This document shows, one piece after another, positions 20,240 through 31,946 of a stretch of 64,000 bases of DNA. Made by a program: the position numbers and the translations under genes. The notes under the pieces were generated by a model, which saw nothing but the letters and a program-made list of their open reading frames with translations, was not told the DNA's origin and searched no databases. Position 1 is the first letter of the stretch, and every line of letters begins with the position of its first letter. Location of the stretch: positions 9,955 through 73,954 of the forward strand of contig CAZREI010000002.1 in assembly GCA_964599285.1 (NCBI GenBank), in the 5' to 3' direction. This stretch comes from an uncultured Candidatus Saccharibacteria bacterium. GTDB lineage: Bacteria; Patescibacteriota; Minisyncoccia; Minisyncoccales; Staskawiczbacteraceae.

Positions 20240-20746
20240 TTATTCGCCCAGCGTGTATTTGGTATAGCTTGGCTTGTGGCTTACCAGCTCTTCGGGTTTA
20301 AACCAAACCGCTATTTCGGCCTCTGCTTCTTCGGGCGTCGCGGAAGCATGGATTAAATTCATAATCGGCATTTCTTTAGCGTCGGCATATCCAAAAGAAA
20401 CATGGGCAAAGTCTCCGCGGATGGTTCCGGGCAAGGATGCCTTGGGTTCGGTAGCACCAACCAACTTTCTGACAATTTCCACGATTTCAACTCCCTCATA
20501 GACAATCGCAACAATGGGGCCGGAAGTTATCATTTCTATCATCATGTTCCTTACTTTTTCACCTCGCCGCTTTGCAAGGTCTTCGGTGTAATGTTTTTGG
20601 GCCGCATCTTTTTCGGAAACCAACATTTTTAAACCCACCATTTTGGCGCCAACCCTTTCAAACCGGTGCATGATCTCGCCCACAATCCCCCGCTGCAAGG
20701 CATCGGGTTTTAAGAGGACCAGAGTTCTTTGTAAGGTATCTGACAT
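20240..20746 (-). CDS. ndk: nucleoside diphosphate kinase
   Basis: RTLVLLKPDA, PGTIRGDF, NLIHAS. Confidence 0.96.
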   Translation of the reverse strand: MSDTLQRTLVLLKPDALQRGIVGEIMHRFERVGAKMVGLKMLVSEKDAAQKHYTEDLAKRRGEKVRNMMIEMITSGPIVAIVYEGVEIVEIVRKLVGATEPKASLPGTIRGDFAHVSFGYADAKEMPIMNLIHASATPEEAEAEIAVWFKPEELVSHKPSYTKYTLGE

Positions 20747-20962
20747 AATGTAACATTTAACAATTGACCATTGACATTTGACCAGCGAAACCAGGTCAAC
20801 GGTCAAATGTTAATTGTCAACTGTTATTTGATTATTTTTGCAAAAGTATTTACTAAAAGCGCCGAGCCCCGCGGGGCTCGGCGCTTTATATTCGCATGGG
20901 CATATTCGCATACCCGAAAATTTCTCGCATAGGCAGAAATTTTTGGTTATGCTGTTAGCATG

Positions 20963-21124
20963 CTATTTCTTCATCCCCATAATCTTAAACATTTTCGTTC
21001 CGCATTTTTCACAAGTTCCCGTCATTGCGGCCCGTTTGGTGCCTCCCTTTCCATTCATTTCAACCTGCTTTTCATCTTTCATCATCCGTTTTGCTTTGCA
21101 CTTTACACAATAAGCTTCAGTCAT
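20963..21124 (-). CDS. DUF5679-like small Zn-binding protein (absent from the ORF track)
   Basis: hand translation MTEAYCVKCKAKRMMKD...GTCEKCGTKMFKIMGMKK. Confidence 0.85.
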   Translation of the reverse strand: MTEAYCVKCKAKRMMKDEKQVEMNGKGGTKRAAMTGTCEKCGTKMFKIMGMKK

Positions 21125-21220
21125 TTCCTTCGCAGAATAACGCGGAATCTTACGCGGAATTCTGCGGAAACACTTCCGCGTTTTTCTGCGTTAATTTCCG
21201 CGTGGTTCCGCGGTATTTAT

Positions 21221-21478
21221 TTACGATAAATGCTTTGAAACCAATTTGGTCATCTCAAACATATTGACCATCGACTTGCCACCAAATACCATTTTTAGCT
21301 TGGCATCGGCGTTGATATTCCTTTTATTTTTGGTGTCTTGCAAATTATTTTTCTTGATGTACATCCAAAGCTTTTTTACCACTTCAGACCGTGGCATCGG
21401 GCCTTTGCCCACCACTGCTTCTAAATCGGCAGTAAGTTGCATAGGCTTCATAAACGCTGAATTTGATTTTCCTGGCAT
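21221..21478 (-). CDS. SWIB/MDM2 domain protein
   Basis: RSEVVKKLWMYIKKNNLQD. Confidence 0.93.
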   Translation of the reverse strand: MPGKSNSAFMKPMQLTADLEAVVGKGPMPRSEVVKKLWMYIKKNNLQDTKNKRNINADAKLKMVFGGKSMVNMFEMTKLVSKHLS

Positions 21479-21486
21479 ATAATATG

Positions 21487-21587
21487 CGATACTAATATAC
21501 GAATTGCATACCAATGATACTAATTACGTTTCCGTATTCGTTTCATTGGCATGACCGCCCGAAGGCGGATTAGTAGATTGGTATCGC
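21487..21587. repeat. ATACTAAT/ATTAGTAT palindrome (family J; also 28817-28917)
   Basis: gatactaatatacgaat..ccaatgatactaat arms; the second copy is reverse-oriented. Confidence 0.7.
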
Positions 21588-21692
21588 GTTTAAGTTTTAA
21601 ATCGACCTTGTTGTTGCCTTGCCCCGCAAGGCAATTTGATTACGAACTGTTTAAGCCATTTTACCCGATAATAGTCGGGGGGTCAACCGCTG

Positions 21693-22121
21693 TCAAGGAT
21701 TTTTGCTCTTTTTTTGAGAAAAAAACCTGATAACATCCGTTTCCCCGATAATACAGTGAGCGCCGTCCCACACCAGCGGCACTCCTAGCGTTTGTGGATT
21801 AAGGCCGCACGTTTGAGCCTTGTCCGCCAAAATATCGGCATTGGTGGCATTATGAAAAACTTCCAGGCGGGTGAATGTTACGTTTTTTTCAATGGCATTT
21901 TGCTTGATAAATGTCTCTACGACAGCACAGTGCGAACACGGGCTCCCTTCAAATAAAATAATTCCTGGAGGAGAGGCCGGAGTTTTGTGAAAGTAACGCA
22001 AAAGGGCAAAACCGTTATTCCCCTGCCACAAAAAAAGCCATGCCTCTATGATGGCCAAAACGCCAATGACAACAAAAAACAGTAAATTTTTTTTGAAAAA
22101 CGTAGTAATTGTTTTATTCAA
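21693..22121 (-). CDS. membrane-anchored glutaredoxin/thioredoxin-fold protein
   Basis: N-terminal TM, CSHC, GVP. Confidence 0.75.
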   Translation of the reverse strand: MNKTITTFFKKNLLFFVVIGVLAIIEAWLFLWQGNNGFALLRYFHKTPASPPGIILFEGSPCSHCAVVETFIKQNAIEKNVTFTRLEVFHNATNADILADKAQTCGLNPQTLGVPLVWDGAHCIIGETDVIRFFSQKKSKNP

Positions 22122-22570
22122 AGGAAACGGATGTGATAGCCGGCGACGCCAAATGCTACCGACACGTTTAACGATTCTTTTTGGCCGGCCATGGGCAAGT
22201 AAATGATGCTGTCGGCTTGCGCCAATATTTTTTTAGAGATGCCTTTTACCTCGTTGCCAATAATCAAAGCCAGGGGAAACTTTGGCTTAAACTTAGTGTA
22301 CGGGATACTTTTTGGCGCTTGTTCTAACGCAACAATGTGTACCTTTTCTTGGCGCAGTTTTTTGACCAGCCGCCAGGTTTGCTTGTGGTGCTCAAAGGGA
22401 ATAGATTTTTCCGCACCCAAAGCCGTCTTGGAAATTTTATGGTTTGGCGGAGTTCCGGAAATCCCACACAAATATATTTTTGTTACCGCCAAAGCGTCCG
22501 CAGTTCTAAAAATGGATCCGATATTCTCCAAGCTTCGAATGTTGTCGCAAATCACGTAGAACTCTTCCAT
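22118..22570 (-). CDS. TrmH/SpoU-family RNA methyltransferase
   Basis: NIGSIFRTADA, GNEVKG, ESLNVSVA. Confidence 0.93.
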   Translation of the reverse strand: MEEFYVICDNIRSLENIGSIFRTADALAVTKIYLCGISGTPPNHKISKTALGAEKSIPFEHHKQTWRLVKKLRQEKVHIVALEQAPKSIPYTKFKPKFPLALIIGNEVKGISKKILAQADSIIYLPMAGQKESLNVSVAFGVAGYHIRFL

Positions 22571-22691
22571 AACTTGAATCTTGAATCTCGTATCTTGTAG
22601 CTTGAATAGAATAGATGAATTTGGAATTTGCCGCGCATTCAGTATTCTTTTATTCTATTCCAGCTTCCAGATACAAGATTCCAGATTCACA

Positions 22692-23378
22692 CTATAATAG
22701 CCTAAATTTATTGATCACCAACCCAAAATCATATCCCAAAAACTGGGCGGCTTTGCGACAAAAGACCATTCTGTCAGTGAAAATTTCAAAGTACTCCATC
22801 ACCGGACAAAAGTTGGTATCAATTTTCAATGTCAAGGTAATCCGCTTTTTTTTCGCTTGCCCTGAGCCCGTCGAAGGGTTTTCTATTTTTATTTTGCTTT
22901 CCGTAGCTGCGTAATTAACCCTGTCGTGAATATCGGTTTTAAAATGATCTGGATCTTTTTGGGTCACGCGCGACCGGTCAACATCTGATTTATCAGCCAG
23001 CACCAAAATGGCGGAAATGTTGTGAGTAAAATTCATTTCTTCTTTGTCATGGTTTGAAATGGCCTGCATAATCATGGCCAGTTCCCTGGGGTCAAACTGA
23101 TTATTGAAGACCTGGCCAAAGAGCATCGCCCCAAAAAAGTGGTGATACGTGCGAGTCATAAAGTTTCCCATGTCGTGGCAAAACCCGGCAATGGCCGCTA
23201 ATTCCGCTTCGCGCTGATCCAAGCCGATATTCTTGGCAATTTGCATTGCGCGATCCGAAACCACATTGGAATGGCGAAGCCCATGGTTGGTGTAAGCCAA
23301 AGCTTCCATGGCAACTTCTGTTTGGTTGATAAACTCCAGGATTTGAGGGTTTTTCTTTACGTCTTCAAGAGTAATCAT
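22692..23378 (-). CDS. HD-domain phosphohydrolase
   Basis: H..RH, CHDMG, ADKSD. Confidence 0.88.
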   Translation of the reverse strand: MITLEDVKKNPQILEFINQTEVAMEALAYTNHGLRHSNVVSDRAMQIAKNIGLDQREAELAAIAGFCHDMGNFMTRTYHHFFGAMLFGQVFNNQFDPRELAMIMQAISNHDKEEMNFTHNISAILVLADKSDVDRSRVTQKDPDHFKTDIHDRVNYAATESKIKIENPSTGSGQAKKKRITLTLKIDTNFCPVMEYFEIFTDRMVFCRKAAQFLGYDFGLVINKFRLL

Positions 23379-23470
23379 GAATTGATTTATGATTTAAAAC
23401 TTCTATTGGTTGATCTGTTGATTATAATTCTGGATCAGCGTTTTCAAATGGATTTTCTACTGACATGATT

Positions 23471-24448
23471 TTATTTTGAATCTAACTCTATTGGTTTATA
23501 TTTACCCAATTTCTTCTTCATTTTTTCAATTGCAGCATGAAGGTCTTTATTTTTTACCACATACTCTGTTGGGTCATTCTCAGCGAATTCAACCGAGGCT
23601 GTGGCGTAAGTAAGAATATCGTTATACAATTGAGCAGATTTTTTGCCCACTTTTGCATTATCAAGTGCATCAAATACTCCTTCCCACCTTTCAATATATC
23701 TTTCGGGAGAAGAGTCCCGCTGCCAGGTACTCCAATTGAAGCCCTCACCAATGGGTTCGGCGAATCCTCGATTACGAGCATGGATATATTCAGGAAGTGA
23801 TTTCTGTTTATTGTAGTGGATGCATCGATCTAATTCGTTTGCTTGCTCCTCTAACCCTAATCTTCTTGCTTCAGCTACCATATCTTTAATACCAGAAAAT
23901 AGTTCAAGCAGTCTATCGTCTGCTGACTCAAAACTATATTCCTGCTTTACCCGGTTGAGCACTTTTTGAAAAACCATTTTTACTAACTTCAACTCTCCTT
24001 TAGAAAGTGATTTTTCGTCGAGGGATTTTAGGTAATTTACAAAATTTTCTTGATTTGTGAAATCTATCTTCATATCACCTACTGCGTAGGTTTCGTGTTC
24101 GTCGTAATCACCTTGCGGATTTGGAGATTCCAAGTCAATACCAAGTTTCTCAAGAGTTTTTTGGTGTCTACTAAGTAAATCCTGCAGTTTTAAATTTTTT
24201 TGTATTTCTTCATGTAGGTGCTCCAACCCCGACGGGCTTTTTTCAGATTCTTCCTCTTCATGTTCCTCGTCTTCTTGCTTTTCAAACAAGCCCATCATTA
24301 AACCAGCCAGGCCCCTTCCAAGCCACGCACCATGACTATGTTGTTCGTCGTAGCTTTCAAGGTCGGCAAGAAGTGCCTCAACCTCTTCTCTTGTTGCTTT
24401 TTCTACTCCCCCTTCTTGATTCTCAAGATTAATTCCTGTTTCTGACAT
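23471..24448 (-). CDS. hypothetical acidic protein
   Basis: 325-aa ORF with no recognised motif. Confidence 0.7.
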   Translation of the reverse strand: MSETGINLENQEGGVEKATREEVEALLADLESYDEQHSHGAWLGRGLAGLMMGLFEKQEDEEHEEEESEKSPSGLEHLHEEIQKNLKLQDLLSRHQKTLEKLGIDLESPNPQGDYDEHETYAVGDMKIDFTNQENFVNYLKSLDEKSLSKGELKLVKMVFQKVLNRVKQEYSFESADDRLLELFSGIKDMVAEARRLGLEEQANELDRCIHYNKQKSLPEYIHARNRGFAEPIGEGFNWSTWQRDSSPERYIERWEGVFDALDNAKVGKKSAQLYNDILTYATASVEFAENDPTEYVVKNKDLHAAIEKMKKKLGKYKPIELDSK

Positions 24449-24464
24449 AATTTTTACTCCAATA

Positions 24465-25103
24465 TTAAATATTGCTAAACCTTTTTTCGGCCTCTGCCCA
24501 GTTGACCACGTTCCACCAGGCTTTTAGGTAATCCGGGCGGACGTTTTTGTATTGCAAATAGTAGGCGTGCTCCCAGACGTCGTTGCCCATAATCGGCGTA
24601 TGACCATCGGACATTGGGTTGTCCTGGTTAGCCGTAGACATAACTTCCAGCTTGCCATCTTTATTTTTTACCAACCACACCCAGCCGCTTCCAAAACGCT
24701 TGGCTCCGGCGTCTTCAAATTTAGTTTTAAAATCTTCAAAACTGCCAAAAGTTTTTTTAATTTCTTCGGCTAACTTGCCGGTTGGTTCAGGGAGCCACCC
24801 CGCTGAGCGGGGTTCGGGTCCGCTAAGCGGACCCATAATCTCCCAAAACATGGAATGATTCACATGTCCGCCACCGTTGTTCTTAACAGCGGTGCGAATG
24901 TCTTCCGGAACAGCATTTAAGTCCATCAACAGTTCTTCTGCGCTTTTTTCAAAAAGTTCCGGATGTTTTTCCAAAGCATCATTTACATTTTTAACATAAG
25001 CCGCGTGATGCTTGTCATGGTGGAGCATCATAATTTCTTGTGAAATATAAGGCTCCAAAGCATTGTAGGTATAGGGCAAGTCCGGCAAAGCATGTTTTTT
25101 CAT
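24465..25103 (-). CDS. sodA: Fe/Mn superoxide dismutase
   Basis: [21 protein letters not shown]. Confidence 0.95.
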   Translation of the reverse strand: MKKHALPDLPYTYNALEPYISQEIMMLHHDKHHAAYVKNVNDALEKHPELFEKSAEELLMDLNAVPEDIRTAVKNNGGGHVNHSMFWEIMGPLSGPEPRSAGWLPEPTGKLAEEIKKTFGSFEDFKTKFEDAGAKRFGSGWVWLVKNKDGKLEVMSTANQDNPMSDGHTPIMGNDVWEHAYYLQYKNVRPDYLKAWWNVVNWAEAEKRFSNI

Positions 25104-25318
25104 AGTTTTAAGGAGTAATCACGAATATACAAATTTAGAACAATATACAAATGTTACAAATATACGAATGTGCTGGATTGCCACGCTGGCAAGATGCGTG
25201 GCGTAATTGGCCGCAGCCGATTCGCCCCATCTCCGGCTCGCAATGACGACGACGGGATTTGTATATTTGTAAGATTTGTATATTTGATCGTATTGGTATA
25301 TTCGTGATTACTCCAGCA

Positions 25319-25594
25319 TTATTTTTCTTCTTTTTGCGTCAACCGCAATAAATATACGGTGAAAATTACAATAATAATCGTGATGATAATAGCATACAAA
25401 AATTTTATCAACACTCCCCCGCCAAGATTGGGGAAAAATTGATCAATGGCGGATTTTATCGCTTCGTTCCAAGCCAAACCCGCCACCAATCCCAGCGCCG
25501 CCAAAATATATCCAATGGTTTTTTCCTTGATTTCTTTTCTTAATATCGCCTGCTCCTCTTTGATTTTGCTAATTCCTCCTTTTAATCGTTCCAT
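25319..25594 (-). CDS. DUF5654-like membrane protein
   Basis: AALGLVAGLAWNEAI. Confidence 0.8.
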   Translation of the reverse strand: MERLKGGISKIKEEQAILRKEIKEKTIGYILAALGLVAGLAWNEAIKSAIDQFFPNLGGGVLIKFLYAIIITIIIVIFTVYLLRLTQKEEK

Positions 25595-25665
25595 GGATTT
25601 ATTGTACCCAAATTAGGTAAAAATAAAAAGCCCCGGGCACGTTGGCACGCGGGGCATGAGGCATG

Positions 25666-26070
25666 TTACTGCTTTTGCTCGTATTGGACGAGGAGGCCAA
25701 TGATTGTCGGACTTGGCTTAGTAGTATTCGATTTATCGGCGTATACCAGAGAAATTGACACTACTTTCTTTGTTGGGTTTTCGCTTTCCCACTGGCGTTT
25801 CGTTTCCCGAAGCCAATGCAGTGTTTCTTCCTCATATCCGCAGCGAGGATTATCGGCGCGGATATAAATGGTACTCTTGCCGTCGTCGTCGACGGCGTTG
25901 GTCATCACGGACTTGGTGTTTTCGGGCGGAGTATCAGTACTAACTCTACTGAGACCGATACAATAAGACCCAACAGGGACCCCAATTGCCACCATTACAC
26001 CGAAGATTATAAGAGCGACTCTCCAGCCCCAACAATCCATCTTTTCAAGAAACGGGTGCCGATTTTTCAT
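25666..26070 (-). CDS. orphan membrane-anchored protein with own promoter and terminator
   Basis: GAGGTG SD-like site, TM segment, terminator 25620-25660; start uncertain (GTG 26079 or ATG 26070). Confidence 0.6.
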   Translation of the reverse strand: MKNRHPFLEKMDCWGWRVALIIFGVMVAIGVPVGSYCIGLSRVSTDTPPENTKSVMTNAVDDDGKSTIYIRADNPRCGYEEETLHWLRETKRQWESENPTKKVVSISLVYADKSNTTKPSPTIIGLLVQYEQKQ

Positions 26071-26227
26071 TGCTTTCACCTCTCAAAGAGCTAAGCCACA
26101 ATAAATTGCGGCAACATAGTAAACAACACTACTTTCTTTTACGCCTATTTTTGATAAAAGTCAACGCCGCCGCGCCCGCGGGCGCGGCGGCGTACCTTAA
26201 TTTTGCATTTTGATTTTTGAATTAGTT

Positions 26228-27385
26228 TTATATTTCTCCCCGCTTAATTTTCCCCCGGATTTCTTCCACGAAATTGTTAAAATAGTACAGATTATGAAAC
26301 GTGAGCAGTTTTAGAGCCGTCAGCTCCCCTGCTTTCAATAAGTGGCATAGGTAATCTTTTTTGTAATTTAAGCAAGTGGCGCAAATGCAATTTTCATCCA
26401 GTGGTTCGCGTTTTTTTAAAAATTTAGTTTGTTTGAGATTTAATTTTCCCTCGCTGGTAAAGGCAACTCCGCGGCGGGCGTATTGGGTTGGGATAGTGCA
26501 GTCAAAGGTATCAACGCCGGTTTTTATGATGTTTTCAATGTCTTCCAGTTTTCCGATGCCAAGCAAGTGGCGTGGTTTTCTTTCAGGCAATTCGGCCATA
26601 ACCCAGCCCAGCATTTCTGACATTATTTTTTTGTCGCTGCCAAATTCTCCGCCAATGCCAAACCCATCAAAGGGCAGTGAGCCGATAAATTTTGCCGATT
26701 CCTGGCGCAAATCTTTATACCTTCCGCCCTGGACAATGCCATATAATGCTTGCTTGGACTTTTTATCCTTTAAACAAACTTGCGCCCACTGATGGGTTTT
26801 GATCAGCGAATTTCTGGTATATTCATGGTTAGCCAACGGAGCGGTGCACTCGTCAAAAGCAAAAATAATATCGGCGCCCAGCTTTTCCTGGATTTTCATG
26901 GACTCTTTGGGCCCCAAAAATAATTCCCTGCCGTCAACCGGAGACCTAAAATACACCCCATCTTGCATGATTTTCAGTTTTTTGGGCTGGTGGCCTATTT
27001 TTATTTCCTGGCGCAAATCGGCGTCCGACCCCATGCGCGTCTTAGGGTTTATCATTTTACCAACCTGCAAATCTTGCCCAAATCCCAATGAAAAAACCTG
27101 GAAGCCTCCCGAATCGGTCATCAGCGGCTTTTTCCAGTTCATAAAATCATGCAGGCCGCCGGCTTTTTCTACTATTTTTTCTCCAGGCTTTAAATGCAAA
27201 TGAAACGTATTGGCAATGAGCACCTGCGAATTGGTTTGGGCCACTTCTTCGCTAGTCAGCGTTTTTACCACCGCTTGCGTAGCCACCGGAACTAAACACG
27301 GAGTTTGGATAACTCCGTGCGATGTTTCGATAAATCCCAGGCGAGCATTGGAAATTTTTGATTTTTTGGAGATATGGAAATTCAT
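26228..27385 (-). CDS. tgt: tRNA-guanine transglycosylase
   Basis: TDSGGFQVFSL, GIVQGG, CxCxxC..H. Confidence 0.96.
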   Translation of the reverse strand: MNFHISKKSKISNARLGFIETSHGVIQTPCLVPVATQAVVKTLTSEEVAQTNSQVLIANTFHLHLKPGEKIVEKAGGLHDFMNWKKPLMTDSGGFQVFSLGFGQDLQVGKMINPKTRMGSDADLRQEIKIGHQPKKLKIMQDGVYFRSPVDGRELFLGPKESMKIQEKLGADIIFAFDECTAPLANHEYTRNSLIKTHQWAQVCLKDKKSKQALYGIVQGGRYKDLRQESAKFIGSLPFDGFGIGGEFGSDKKIMSEMLGWVMAELPERKPRHLLGIGKLEDIENIIKTGVDTFDCTIPTQYARRGVAFTSEGKLNLKQTKFLKKREPLDENCICATCLNYKKDYLCHLLKAGELTALKLLTFHNLYYFNNFVEEIRGKIKRGEI

Positions 27386-27503
27386 AAGGAGTGGTCACGA
27401 ATATACAAATACGATCAAATATACAAATATACGAATGCGGACGTTTGTCGTGATTTGTATATTAGTATATTAACGCAGATTCGTATATTCGTGATTACTC
27501 CAA

Positions 27504-27968
27504 TTATTTAAACGTGACCGGCAGAGTAAAAGTTTTGTCGCGCACCGGGTCGCCGCTGGCGTTTTCATTTTTGAAAACTAAAGATCCCAGACTCCCTGAA
27601 GTTGCTGTAAAGGTAATGGTTGTCTCAAATTGGGTTGGCAATTGGGTCCACTCGGTCGTTGCTTTCAAAACGCCTTTGGCCAACTCATTGCCACCGTTGT
27701 CCAGCAAACGCACGGTTCCCACTTGCCCTTCAAATCCAGACCAGCCGTTGCCATTTACAACTCCCGTGATTTTTAAGGGAGATAAAATTGTTTCGTTGAC
27801 TTTTGGAGAAAAAATTTCTATGCCAGAACTTACTGTTATGCTGGGGCTGGGGCTTGGCTCTGTAACAGGGGCTGCGGCTTTTTCTTTTGGCAACAACAGA
27901 AAAATCGCCCCGATTAAAATAAGAACTCCGACAATGGCTTCCACGATGAGAATTGTTTTTTTATTCAT
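27504..27968 (-). CDS. Gmad2-like Ig-domain membrane protein
   Basis: TM plus FEGQ..V and ENASG motifs. Confidence 0.75.
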   Translation of the reverse strand: MNKKTILIVEAIVGVLILIGAIFLLLPKEKAAAPVTEPSPSPSITVSSGIEIFSPKVNETILSPLKITGVVNGNGWSGFEGQVGTVRLLDNGGNELAKGVLKATTEWTQLPTQFETTITFTATSGSLGSLVFKNENASGDPVRDKTFTLPVTFK

Positions 27969-27976
27969 GGTTTTAT

Positions 27977-28153
27977 AGCTGTGAATTGCGAAACCCCATT
28001 TGAAAAAGAGTTTCGGGCTCTTTTTCCCAAATTTGGGCTGAAAATTCGCTATAATTTTTTCCCGTAGCCTCAGGCTACGATAAAAAATTCTATCAAATTT
28101 TCATCTTCCAAATTTGGAAAAAATAGCTCCGAGGGGTTTCGTAATTCACAGCT
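27977..28153. mobile_element. MITE-like long foldback element
   Basis: 21-bp inverted ends agctgtgaattgcgaaacccc / ggggtttcgtaattcacagct (1 mismatch). Confidence 0.62.
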
Positions 28154-28346
28154 TTATAGTAGTCGCTATACTGCCAAAAAGCAAACCTTGACATCCCATT
28201 CATTAAAAGTATAATGGATTTAGACAATAAGTAGTCGCTATAAACGACCTTAGCGTCTAAAGGTCGTTTATTTAATTGATCGTTAATTTCGCAAAAAAGT
28301 AAGCACAAGGCTTACCGTAAAATAAGTATAAATTAACGATAAAAGA

Positions 28347-28532
28347 ATGTTCAATAAATTTGACAACAATGGTGGAGGAAACTACCAAAAGCCTCCGATG
28401 ATTCAGGGGAATTGGAAGTGTTCAGAATGCGGCGCGGAAATCACCCAGCTGCCATTTGAGCCAGCTCCTGATCGGCCAATCTATTGCCGAGAATGCTGGT
28501 CCAAAAAGAAACCACCACGATTTAACCGCTAA
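28347..28532 (+). CDS. CxxC-x17-CxxC zinc-ribbon protein
   Basis: CSECG..LPFEP..RPIYCREC; promoter TTGACA..TATAAT 28188-28215; terminator 28547-28581. Confidence 0.9.
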   Translation: MFNKFDNNGGGNYQKPPMIQGNWKCSECGAEITQLPFEPAPDRPIYCRECWSKKKPPRFNR

Positions 28533-28603
28533 AAGTTTAGTGGTTACAGCAAAAAACGGCCTTCGGGCCGTTTTTTGCTGTAAAAAATCTACATTTTGCA
28601 ATA

Positions 28604-28810
28604 CTACTTTCTTTCCAGTTTCATGGCGTTAACCGCCAAGTAAATAGCCGACAATCCTACCAGAATGTAAATCAACCTGGCCAAAAAAGACCCTGCGCCA
28701 AAAACGATATCAACCAAGTTAAAGTTGGCCAGTCCCACCAATCCCCAATTCAATCCTCCGACAATCACCAGCACCAAGGCGATCATATCTACGGTAGTTA
28801 ATTTTTGCAT
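28604..28810 (-). CDS. DUF378 family membrane protein
   Basis: LVIVGGLNWGLVG, IYILVGLSA. Confidence 0.92.
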   Translation of the reverse strand: MQKLTTVDMIALVLVIVGGLNWGLVGLANFNLVDIVFGAGSFLARLIYILVGLSAIYLAVNAMKLERK

Positions 28811-29011
28811 AGTATCTGATACCAATATACTAATCCGCCGATGACGGTCATACCAATTATACTAATGGTGAACGTTTTATTAGTATCATTGGAATGTAAA
28901 TTCGTATATTAGTATCACATTATTTCAAATAAAAACGACCTTTCATTTATTGTATCACGCGATACAAAAACAAAGGTCAAAAAGTTATCCACTGAAAAAA
29001 ATTGAGCGTTT

Positions 29012-29085
29012 TGTCATCCCAGGCCGCGACCCGGGATCCAGAGTATCGGTGCAGTTTCTGGATTCCCGATTGCGCGGGAATGACA
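29012..29085. repeat. REP-like paired palindrome TGTCATCCC...GGGAATGACA
   Basis: two inverted short hairpin units. Confidence 0.7.
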
Positions 29086-29102
29086 GTTTCAAGGAGTTAC
29101 TT

Positions 29103-29675
29103 TTACGGATTTGCCAGTTTATTCTGGCCGCCCAAAATGTTAATCTGTTCCACCTGTGCTTTTTTCAAAACAATATCCTGGATTTGCAAGGCAATTTCTT
29201 TTGATAGCGCGGGCAAAATGATGGTGTCTTGGGTTTTTGCCGCCTGAGGCGATTCGCCGCTCTCGCCAACATCCAGGGTGGTAATAATAATATCACTGAC
29301 GCCAAACAATTGATCTACTAAACTTCTTTCAATTTTTGCATCTTGGATATGCCGATACGGAATGCCGATCTGCTCGGTGGCAATCAAACCCCGCGCGATT
29401 TTTAAATCTTTGTCATCCACAAAAATCCAATAACGGTAATATTGCAGCCAACCAATGCCAAAGGTTGCAAGGCCCAACAAAAGCACCAACGCCAACATCA
29501 TCAATAAAAGATTAATGGCGGTTTCTACATATTGGCTGGGCAAAAAATTTAACAGAACTACCCCGATAATCAAGAGCAGTAAAAAAGCAAAAAAAGTGCC
29601 GCTTTTTTCAAAGATGAGCATAAAAAGCGTCCGGTTGCCCAAAGGATGATAGCGCTGGATATTTTCCTGAACCAT
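29103..29675 (-). CDS. bacterial PH-domain membrane protein
   Basis: two TMs, IPYRHIQD, RSLVDQLFG. Confidence 0.82.
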   Translation of the reverse strand: MVQENIQRYHPLGNRTLFMLIFEKSGTFFAFLLLLIIGVVLLNFLPSQYVETAINLLLMMLALVLLLGLATFGIGWLQYYRYWIFVDDKDLKIARGLIATEQIGIPYRHIQDAKIERSLVDQLFGVSDIIITTLDVGESGESPQAAKTQDTIILPALSKEIALQIQDIVLKKAQVEQINILGGQNKLANP

Positions 29676-29722
29676 GGTTGTATGATAGCACAATTTCAAT
29701 GAAAAATCCCACTTGCGGGATT

Positions 29723-29962
29723 TTATTCTACAATACAGCGGACTTCGTTGCCCTGTTTTACCTCCAAAAATCCTGATGCGACTTCAAAAAAGTGTTCTTT
29801 GTTCTGGGAATCGGCCACCCGCATCACGCCCGCCGTCAACACGCCGATATATGGTTCGTGATTATCCAGCACCGTAATCTCTCCCACCATAGTTTTGCAG
29901 TTTAACAAGCTGGCATCGCCGGCAAAGAGAATTTTCTTCAGTGAGTAAATAGAAAGCTTCAC
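29723..29962 (-). CDS. atpC: ATP synthase epsilon (N-terminal domain only, GTG start)
   Basis: GEITVLDNHEP, SGFLEV. Confidence 0.88.
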   Translation of the reverse strand: MKLSIYSLKKILFAGDASLLNCKTMVGEITVLDNHEPYIGVLTAGVMRVADSQNKEHFFEVASGFLEVKQGNEVRCIVE

Positions 29963-30115
29963 TAAAATTATTCTAATTATTCTAATTAACCTAATTGACC
30001 TAATCAAATCCCAATGACAAAATGTCGAATGCCTAAAACTGTACTTAGACATTCATGTATTTCGTCGTTATTTAGAATAATTAGAACAATTAGAATAATT
30101 AGAATAATTTAGAAA

Positions 30116-31841
<1,726 letters not shown>

Positions 31842-31946
31842 AATTTTAAAAATTAATTTCTGGATTGCCACATCGCTTCGCTCCTCGCAATGACGACGTT
31901 TGGTTTCCGCGTTTTTCCGCGTAAATTTCCGCGTGGTTCCGCGATA

